63,714 bases of DNA from Gnetum montanum (taxonomy: Eukaryota; Plantae; Gnetophyta). Below the pieces are notes generated by a model, which was not told where the DNA came from, ran no database searches, and saw only the letters and a list, made by a program, of their open reading frames with translations. A program made the translations under genes and the position numbers. Shown in pieces: positions 54,562 through 63,714 of this stretch. Where the stretch lies: assembly GCA_015680685.1 (NCBI GenBank), contig MNCI01002843.1, positions 92,016 through 155,729 of the forward strand. The letters run 5' to 3'. Each line of letters opens with the position of its first letter. The stretch's first letter is position 1.

Positions 54562-56315
54562 GAATCCTTCCAAGAAATTATCACAATGATGAAATAAGGT
54601 CACAATTTTAGGATGAGATTGATGGATACAGTGATTAATGGGGGATGATTATTTTGGCTAATAAGGAATCCCAAATATTGACATCATGGCGATGGCATGG
54701 CTGCAAAATGTGAAATTGCTTAAGGTCTTCATGCTTAATGTCTGAATTTTTGGTTACTCGACAATGTTTTGGAGGAACCAACACTCCATCTTTAAGCTTC
54801 TTTGGCCATTGGGCTCCTCCTTTTTTGTTTTTGGAACCATATTTTAACATTTGGCTTCATTGGTCTCTTGGCTTTCTTGATATTTTCTCCCTTTTTTTTT
54901 TCTTAAAGTGAAACCTTCATTAGGTTTCATTGCCAAGGCCAAATTTCACTTTCTCACTGAATGAGATGTGTTACATCTAGTATACTTGATTGATGTAGTA
55001 TGCTAGATCTTGCTTCATTCTCTTGTTGAATGAGTTGTGTTATATTCAATAATCTTGATTTGTGAGGCATGTAGAGGAGTGTGTCACATGGCCATGGTGC
55101 ATGCATGTTAATCATTAAATTTCATTGTCATTTAGGATAAGGAAGGATGTACTTTGGATTTGGGATTATGGCCCAAAAGGTGTAACAAATGTAATGTGAG
55201 GTGAGCATTCTTACCATAGTTGGACTAGCTAACCAAATCTTGTGCATCGAGGTTGCATTGTAACTTACTACTATGATGAGTTGTACCTTTGTGATGATTT
55301 CAAACTTCATCCTACAAGCACAACTCTAAGAGGACAAGAAAACTAATGAAATAATACATTTTATTATAAGAGATTGCATATGACCACATCAGATAATAAG
55401 CAGAATATAGACCACCATAGGTTACAAATGGTACAACATGAGAAATTTGTATTTTGTTTCATAGGTTGTACAAAGTTTTATCATTTATTTGTTGTACCTA
55501 AAAGAAAAGACAAGAGACAAGAGGTCACACAGGATCTCTTGTTGTAGGCCACAAGAGTTGTCAATGTCATTTGTTTGTCCAAACCTATAAACAAAGGCCA
55601 ACAACACTAAAAGAAAACATGTTAACATTAGATGTAATCGAGGTTATGTGAAGGCTTTCATGTTTCCATGCAAGGGTTTGATGATGTCTTGAGAAAGCTA
55701 GGGTTTGGTAAGGAACTTGGTTTCATGTGTTTTCTCTTTACCATTACGAAAGAAAATGGAGAATCCAACTAAGGAACCCTTTGTGATGTTTCCAGCTTCA
55801 AGGTCAATGGTAGTTAGGACATTCCAAATCATTAAGGCTATATAGCCAAAGGCTTTTAGGCTCTTAGTTTAGGCATTCAAAGGTAGCTTGGTTTAACAAC
55901 ATTATTGTAGGGCCCAACTAGGTTCAAAGGTAAGTTGAATTGTGTGCCCATATTCAAACCTTGCAGTTCAACCAAAAGCATATTAAGTGCCATTTGTGTG
56001 ACACAGTTGTTAAACGATGTTAAAATAATGCAAAATATACTACAATAACAAAGTAACATAAGGCAAAATAATATCCAAAACATACTAAAGCAATGCTAAA
56101 CAGGGTAGAATAAGGTAAAGTGAGGTCATGTGAGGTCACTACAAAGTAAACTAGGGCCAATGAAGGTAAAATGAGGTAGGAACAATATAAAAAAAATTTG
56201 AAAACAAGAGAAACTAGGTTAAAACCAAGTAAAATCAAATCAAATAAGGCCAACAAGGTCCAAATGGTAGTAAGTAATTTATATTATTTTCTTCTTTTTA
56301 TTTTATTCTACCTTA

Positions 56316-56338
56316 TTATATATATATATATATATATA
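56316..56338. repeat. (TA)n microsatellite
   Basis: Direct observation. Confidence 0.9.
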
Positions 56339-57089
56339 ATTTATTTTATTAACACCAAATTCCTATCCAATTTTGACCTAAGTAGAACTTCGAGCTTATT
56401 TTTTTTGACAATATAGGGACCTAAGCTGGCGGGATCGGTCTAGGCGTCGGTTGATGCTTTTAAAAAAACAATTTTTAAGCAGGTTGTTTTCTTGCAAGGA
56501 TTTTTTTTCTCACAAGAAAATAACCTTCTAAACGTGGAAATCGTCATTGACATTGTAGGCAAGAAAATGGTTTCAAATGAAAGAATTAAAGGAATAGGAA
56601 ATGTCCAGGAACAGATTAAATGTAACAGGCTCTAGTCCAAAGGTAAATGTAATTTTGGCAACGTAGCCATATCGAAAGCATGCTCAAGTGATTTAACTGT
56701 GGGCAGATGAGAAAGACCGTGCTGTTGCAAGATAAATAGGAGTGAAAATGCAAGTCTTGTTAAATTAGTTGCAGGATACTCTTGCACGTTATCACCACGA
56801 CCTCCTATGTTTTGAAAACTAGAGCAATTTGGATATCATCGACAATGGAGTTAGATGCTCCTCTTCGGTGCAGCTGGTCTGCTTCATTCCATGTATTGGT
56901 CCACTGCATTTCTGGAAAAAACGTGACAAGAACTTCATAAATGGTCATGATTTTCCAATGGAATGCGCATCCATCCCTGGTTAAGAAACTGTTCCATAAA
57001 GGACTGGTAAGTTATGGCAACGGCATAGATTTTGAAATTAAACTTGGTCTGCTGGTGAACTGTGAAGTTTGTAAATCCATGTGCCAACC

Positions 57090-57677
57090 ATATCACCCTT
57101 AAGTGCCTTTGCAATATTAGCCAAACGTGTCTGAGCATAGTCCAGAGAATACACAAAAAGAAGGGATGAGGCACCAGCACAACCTCCAAAGGCAAGTTTT
57201 CCCACAAACCATTCCCAGTGACCATCCCTTTCTTTCTTAAGGTTGAAGAGCTTCTTGAAATAATCTTTGAATGCAAAGTTCAGGGCCTGAGTTGGGAAGT
57301 AATGGATAACATTGGCAGTTCAGGGGCTTAGTTGGGAAGTAACGGATAACATTGGCAGTTCAGGGCCTTTGCAATATTTGCCGTTGAAACACCAACCATG
57401 AGGAAATTAATCATGAAGCTCATGAATCCCCTCTCAGATGGAGCAGGGATAACCAGAGGCATCTGGTTTCCCGTAAAGGCCTTGCTGTTTGATAGACTAG
57501 CAGGAAAAATAAAAAATTAGGCTCTGGAAGGAGCCATTGAAGTAGGAGTCATTGGTTGTCTTGCCAAATGCTAAAAATGGTGTTTCCAGACCTCCATAGC
57601 AGTAGTTCGGGATAATCCTTGACCCAACTGAGAAACCTCTGCCCGATAGTAGGAAATGGAGGCTGCTCAACCATCAT
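57090..57677 (-). pseudogene. AAC: Processed, rearranged copy of the mitochondrial ADP/ATP carrier (5' part)
   Basis: MVEQPPFPTIGQ.., PAPSERGFMSFMINFLMVGVS and [68 protein letters not shown]; intronless, with a deletion and a duplication. Confidence 0.9.
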
Positions 57678-57757
57678 AAAGGCTGAGAAACAGCCATCAA
57701 AACCTCAGAGCAACCAACAGACCACGAAGGAACCAAAACACAGCAAGAAGAGTCTCT

Positions 57758-58282
57758 CTTTGCTTGCAGTTGCTTCCCAGATCTCTGGTCCAGTTGTCTC
57801 ATACTGAATCTTTGGGTTGGCAGGGTTCTCAAATTGCTGAAGCATATAAGAGTTAGGAGTGTTCTCTAATATTTTCTCTACCTTCTAGACAGCCCTCTCA
57901 TACCCCTAATAGGATCTGTAAGAACTAGTTCAACACCAAATGCTCGCAGCAAAATTCTACGCTCTATGCTCATGGAAGAAGGCATAGTCAAGATAAGTTT
58001 GTATCCCTTTGCAGCAGCAATAGAAGCAAGTCATATTCCTATGTTGCCACTAGTAGGTTTTACAGGAACACTCTTCCCCAGCGTGATAAGCCCTTTTTCT
58101 TTGGCATTCATAATCATACTATAACCAATCCTGTCCTTAACGCTGCAGCAGGGCTCTATGATCTCCAGTTTGACAGCAATTTTGGCTACACATCCTTCCA
58201 CCACGTTGTTCAGATACACTAACGGAGTATTGCCTATCACCTGCATCATGTCCGTTACAATTCCGGGATGTACATTCACCAT
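57758..58282 (-). pseudogene. Processed copy of cysteine synthase (O-acetylserine(thiol)lyase), N-terminal half
   Basis: [41 protein letters not shown] and [21 protein letters not shown]; no introns; one stop and a frameshift. Confidence 0.92.
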
Positions 58283-58505
58283 TTGGAGACAAACTTGAGG
58301 GCTAGGGCTTCCAAGGAACACAAAGGAACCACCTCCAACAATGAAAGCATTCTTCAGACTGAATCTTATCTTCGTTTATCATTCTTGTGATAGCATCAGA
58401 TGAAAGAGAAGAAACGTCAATAAAATGTTCTACATCAGACTGAATACGCTATCTTCATTCACTTTTGTCGTTCTGGCTTGAAGCATATTAGAAAACCTTA
58501 GCACG

Positions 58506-59936
58506 TGTTGAGTATTTAACTGTAGTCAATGTAAACTATTATTCATTTCTATCATTTTACTATTGTTAATATTCAATTTACATCTAGTTAACACTATCTA
58601 CGAAGCTCCATCTCATACTATAAATATGGTTACAAGAAAGCCTTGAAGACAATGTGTTTGGGTTTAATTCCTATAGTATCTTATTTCTCATTCTTTGTTG
58701 TTCATTGTGATTGAGAAATTTTCTCTAAGATAACATAAAGATCCATGAGTTTTCTTGCTGGGGTTTTTTCTCATTTTCCCCAAGATATATTCTTGTGTTT
58801 TTTTTGGTGATTTATTTTTTATTGCTATCACGAATGATCTAAAAATTACAATTGGTACCAGAGCTAGGTTCTTTCATGGTAACATTTTTCTTCTCTTGTG
58901 GTGTTTTTTGATTTTAGGAAATGGCCAATATTGCAAATATCAAAATTGAAAAATTCTTTGGCAATAATTACAAAGTTTGGAGAATGTACATCAAGGATCT
59001 TCTTGTTAGCAAAGATCACTAGCAAGTAATTGCTGATTCAAAGCCTACTACTATCATAGATTCTGATTAGGAGGCCTTGGATAGAAAGGCACAAAGAAGA
59101 ATTCATTTGTGTCTCTCTCATTTGGTGTTGCTTAATGTTTCTAGAGTTTTAACTACCAAAGACTTGTGGGACAAATTAAACAATTTGTACCAAACAAAAC
59201 TTGTTGCTAACAAAGTGTTTCGTAGGAGGAATTTATACACACTTAAGATGCCTAAAGGTATGTTAATTACGGATCATTTAAGTATCTTCAACGATATCAT
59301 GATGCAACTTCAAGCAGTTGAAGATCAAATGAAAGAGTAAAATCATTTTATGTATCTTTTAGAGTCTCTTCATGAGTTTTGGAATATTTTTGTCATGTTA
59401 ATGAGTAATTTTGTGCCAACTCTTAATTCTAATACTATTGTAGCCCAACTCCTCAATGAAGAAACAAGGATTAAATGGTCTACTCCTAAATAAAATGCTC
59501 TTTTTCTTTCCAGAAACTCCAACTTAATGTTGAATAAAAGCCCACAGTTTAAACCTCCTTGATCCTAGAAAAATTCCACAAAACCAAAATGTCGAAATTA
59601 TGGAAAGATTGGTCATCTTAAATAAGATTGTAAAGTAGCAAAGAAAGGAAAAGCATCTACAAATAATAATAATAATGAAATTTCTCCTTCTCATCAAGAG
59701 AGATTTGTATGTGGTTTCATTAGTTGATGACACTGTGAGAGTTTCTTGGTATATTGATTCTGGTGCTTCTTATCATTATACCCCATACCTTGAATGGTTT
59801 TATGAATACCTTGTTTGTAATCTTGGTGTGGTCAAACTAGGTGATGATCTTCTTTGTAAGATTTTTGGATATGGTAAAGTTAAAATCCAATTTAAGAATG
59901 GAACCATTAAAACTATATTGCATATCCATCATGTAC
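58506..59936 (+). mobile_element. 5' part of a second Ty1/copia: LTR 58506-58850, PBS 58853-58864, degenerate gag-PR from 58921
   Basis: TG...CA LTR; PBS tggtaccagagc; IEKFFGNNYKVW; decayed zinc knuckle CRNYGKIGHLK*DC; WYIDSGASYHY. Confidence 0.85.
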
Positions 59937-62489
59937 TGATGAGTGGCGAGGTACCCCTACACTCAACCATACGAATATGAGCGTAGCACGTGTGATCTGG
60001 TTGAACTCTGCAGACTAAGTGCGTACTGTTGATGCGTAAATTTTGGACACGCGAACACCTGTGAAAACTCGTTTGAGGAGACTATCGCCTAGGGCGCCTC
60101 CCGTATGGGTGCGGAAACCCGGGAATAGTCTCAGCTGGAAAGGGCAATATGACAAAACAGTAATAACAATATTTAAATGAAATATCAAAACAAAGACTTA
60201 TATTTGATGTAATATGTAAATACTCCAGTTTAATTTAACATTTGAAAACTTAAAATAATAAGATGCACTGTGTAAACGGGCAGAGAGGGGAGTGCAGTTG
60301 AATTTCGTGGACTCCTTTCCGCCGGTGATGCAGAGGCTGGGGAATGGATTCGCAGAGGATTGTGCACGATACCAAGTTGAACAAGCGGCGCAGGAGAAAC
60401 AGCAACGCAATGTGGAAGTAGAGGAGGCAGCACAGCAAGAGCAGCAGCGATCCACACGGCAGGCAGCGGGAGCAGCAGGCCTGGGAAAAGAGAGAGGTCG
60501 TGGCTGCGAACAGCTGCAGCAAACAAGGACAGCAGCGCGGAAGACAGAGTCCACAGCGCGGCAGACGAACAGGTGGCACTGCGTGGGCTGGAATCAGCAA
60601 CGTGGCAGGAGAGGAGTGGCAGGNNNNNNNNNNNNNNNNNNNNNNNNNNNNNNNNNNNNNNNNNNNNNNNNNNNNNNNNNNNNNNNNNNNNNNNNNNNNN
60701 NNNNNNNNNNNNNNNNNNNNNNNNNNNNNNNNNNNNNNNNNNNNNNNNNNNNNNNNNNNNNNNNNNNNNNNNNNNNNNNNNNNNNNNNNNNNNNNNNNNN
60801 NNNNNNNNNNNNNNNNNNNNNNNNNNNNNNNNNNNNNNNNNNNNNNNNNNNNNNNNNNNNNNNNNNNNNNNAAACCGTGGGCGCTTCTTCTTCTGGTGCG
60901 GCTGAGGAAAGGGTCAGATCTGCGTGGGCAGGGCAGGAGAAGACTGTGAGGCGACGGCGGTGGAGAAGACACAGAGGCAGCACGGAAGGTGCATCAGCAA
61001 TGCGGGCGAGGCCACGGGAGCGCAGAGGACGACGGCACAGCAACGGGAACAGCGACCGAGGTGGCGAGAATACAGAGGGTGGCGGCAAACAGCTGTAGCA
61101 GACAAGGAGAGATGGCGGGCGCACGGCAGGCACGAATAGATTGTGTAGGGACGCGGCAGCGGAGGAACAGAAGGCTCCAGGGACAGCAGCGAACAAAAGG
61201 CTGCAGGCCAGACAACGCGGTGGATCGAGGTGCCAGCGACGCGACGGGAGAGGACGCGGCAGGCACGACAGGCAGCAAAGCAGCGCGGCAGGCAGCAGGA
61301 AATCGGGCGGCGCAACAGAGAAATAGCAACGCAGCAGCAGCGGTGCAGAAAGAGGCGACGGAACGAAGGCGCTGCAGGTGCGGAGGTAGTGACGCGAAGG
61401 CACGGTGCAGCAAGAGGCGCCGGAACGAAGGCGCTGCAGGCAGCGGCGACGGACAGAAGGTGCTGCAGACAGCAGTGGATCTGCAAAGAAGCCCCCCCCT
61501 CCTTCCCTTGCGTCTCCTCCCCATGTTTTATAGCGGCTCCGGAGGAGAAACCTAACCCTAATCGCCGCCACCTTTGAAAATAAAAAGAACAAAAACCTTA
61601 AGTTTATGTTTTATTAATTTTATTTTTAAAATCTATTTTTTTTGTAATTTTAAAATTTTATATATTTATGGTTTTATTCTTAAATTAGTTTAACAAGGCC
61701 CCATGCCTGGCATGGGTGAAAGTTGACCTCAACACGTACATGCCTTATGGAACACTTAAGGTTAATCATTCGTTGTCTTCCCAGACTTACTTAGTTGTCA
61801 CGGTTGTATGGTTAAGTAAGTCTGAGGTATATGATTTTTATGTCTTTTCTATTTTATCTCCTATGCTAGTGAGGTGAAGGGTGAAGAGACTAATTAACTA
61901 ACTTTAACTAACTAACTAAGCCTTAACTAACCTAGCGTCAGCATCCATTCCCACTTACTGTTCACACCCTGAACCAATGCAACCTTGGTTACCAAATGCT
62001 AGTCATTGCTGCCATCACCAAGTGTAACGCACGTGCTCGAAGTGGTTGTACTGAGGCACTTAACTATGAGAGAAGGGTTGATAAAGATTTAATGACCCAA
62101 TAAAGCATTTAAATGGTAAATAGTAAATAACAATAAATAAATTCCTATTTACCCTATTCCATGCACTGCAAGGTTTATCGAAGAAGTTCGTCTTTGTTGC
62201 CGTACACAAACTTGTGTTCAGGTACAATATTTGCTCGAATAAAGATCTGTTCACTTTGGAGTTCCTACTGCGGGCACATGGAAATTAATCTATCTTTAGA
62301 GAGGTAAAACTGCCAGAGTTTCGCTACGGTCTAAGCCTAGGATGAGAAACAAGGGAGAGTCACCTCTTATTTATAGACTTGGTGACGCACCGCAATATCG
62401 TGTACGCAATATCGCAGGGGATGCGATATTGCATCGGATGTGATATCGCATACGTGATTTTGCGGCCCATGTGATATCGCGTCCCATCA
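59937..62489 (-). mobile_element. 3' LTR of another Athila-like element, inserted in the copia and itself interrupted
   Basis: Both termini are reverse complements of the element A LTR termini; GATATC array at 62390-62480; PPT region from 62490 matches 29895-29931. Confidence 0.85.
60027..61734. mobile_element. Young GC-rich solo LTR (or gap-collapsed element)
   Basis: Ends TGTTGA...TCAACA; perfect TSD CGTAC (60022-60026 / 61735-61739); contains a gap. Confidence 0.85.
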
Positions 62490-63149
62490 TACCCCCATGA
62501 CTAAATGAAAACTCATCCTCGAGTTCCTTACAAAATATTGGAAAGGTATGGGATTATTGACTCAAATGGAACTAATGGGATGACATGTGAATAGATCATC
62601 ATTACAAGACAAGACAAGACTGGTGTTCATGACAACAAGGGTGAACACCTTATACGTTTGACATCAGGCCTTAGTTGGCAGCTGAGAAAGAGAGAGAGAA
62701 AGAAGTGTTGCTGTTGCCAACACCAAGATTGCACCTTTNNNNNNNNNNNNNNNNNNNNNNNNNNNNNNNNNNNNNNNNNNNNNNNNNNNNNNNNNNNNNN
62801 NNNNNNNNNNNNNNNNNNNNNNNNNNNNNNNNNNNNNNNNNNNNNNNNNNNNNNNNNNNNNNNNNNNNNNNNNNNNNNNNNNNNNNNNNNNNNNNNNNNN
62901 NNNNNNNNNNNNNNNNNNNNNNNNNNNNNNNNNNNNNNNNNNNNNNNNNNNNNNNNNNNNNNNNNNNNNNNNNNNNNNNNNNNNNNNNNNNNNNNNNNNN
63001 NNNNNNNNNNNNNNNNNNNNNNNNNNNNNNNNNNNNNNNNNNNNNNNNNNNNNNNNNNNNNNNNNNNNNNNNNNNNNNNNNNNNNNNNNNNNNNNNNNNN
63101 NNNNNNNNNNNNNNNNNNNNNNNNNNNNNNNNNNNNNNNNNNNNNNNNN

Positions 63150-63714
63150 TGGGGTACTCGAGTAGAAATGTTTCAAATGAAATGCATTGAAATTCCTATT
63201 CAACCTATATCCTTGCAAATCCGCAATCTTAAACACATTAGGGGCAGTTATGTCTACAATTTGGAATGGGCCCGACCACATAGGTGAAAACTTAGTTTGA
63301 GGACCAGTCTGACCAGACGCTCTATCTCTCTTGAGGACTAGATCACCTACTTGAAAATTTTTAGCAGAATATTTCTTATCGAACCATCTCTTGACGATTT
63401 GTTGATGCTTAAGATTATGAAAATCAAGACCTACTTTTACCTTGCTTGATCGTTTTCTATAAAATTTTTCCTTAATATAAGTTTTAATGATAGGTCTAGG
63501 TCTTGGTTTTGGTGGGTCATCGGATATAGCTTTACTAGGAGAATGTTTCATGGATGCATTGTTGAATTTTAGCACACCTTCAAATGTTTTAAGAGGTAGG
63601 GTTTTATTTATATCTTTGTCTTCCCCTAACGGTGGTGGATTAGTTAGACAAAATCCATCGTGTTGTTGATAAGGTAAGGTGTCTCCATAGTTTTCTTCAC
63701 CTTCTCTAGAACTT
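63150..63714 (-). CDS. Partial ORF ending in a gypsy integrase C-terminal GPF/Y module
   Basis: HQQIVKRWFDKK..FQVGDLVLK..KFSPMWSGPFQI..NAFHLKHFY; the frame is open to the window end. Confidence 0.7.

Noticed and set aside
53752-54611. Long ORFs spanning N runs (also at 60250-61098 and 62658-63287)
   Set aside because: Artefacts of assembly gaps.
51773-58282. Bacterial horizontal transfer of pepN / cysK as the explanation for the intronless genes
   Set aside because: The sequences read as plant-type and cysteine synthase is fused to a eukaryotic mitochondrial carrier copy, so retroposition is simpler.
60198-61592. Many overlapping Arg/Ala/Cys-rich ORFs (also 52668-53267)
   Set aside because: Open in several frames only because the DNA is GC-rich; no recognisable domain, and the 60-61 kb set lies inside a TSD-flanked LTR.

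Overview
Eukaryotic, AT-rich, strongly cytosine-depleted land-plant DNA (inferred from the plant-type LTR elements, primer-binding sites and gene fragments; species not determinable here). It is mostly nested, decayed retrotransposons, and no intact host gene is supported. Main content: (1) several members of an Athila-like Ty3/gypsy family (LTR ends TGAT...ATCA, tRNA-Asp PBS), including a complete pol-less element at 22216-30561 (TSD GTAAC); (2) an old full-length Ty1/copia (21699-37314, minus) whose 3' LTR hosts that element, plus a second partial copia; (3) a 1.9-kb non-coding LTR element, solo LTRs and an RTE-LINE 3' fragment; (4) intronless, internally deleted copies of host mRNAs: an M1 aminopeptidase and a cysteine synthase::ADP/ATP-carrier chimera. 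The most interesting signal is a module shared by two diverged Athila-like elements that show no RT/RNaseH/integrase: a ~850-nt non-coding block with conserved and partly covarying helices, then an internal promoter built from the same CGATATCG palindrome array as the LTR, then an accessory ORF2. Assembly gaps: 30091 (single n), 53822-54405, 60624-60870, 62739-63149.
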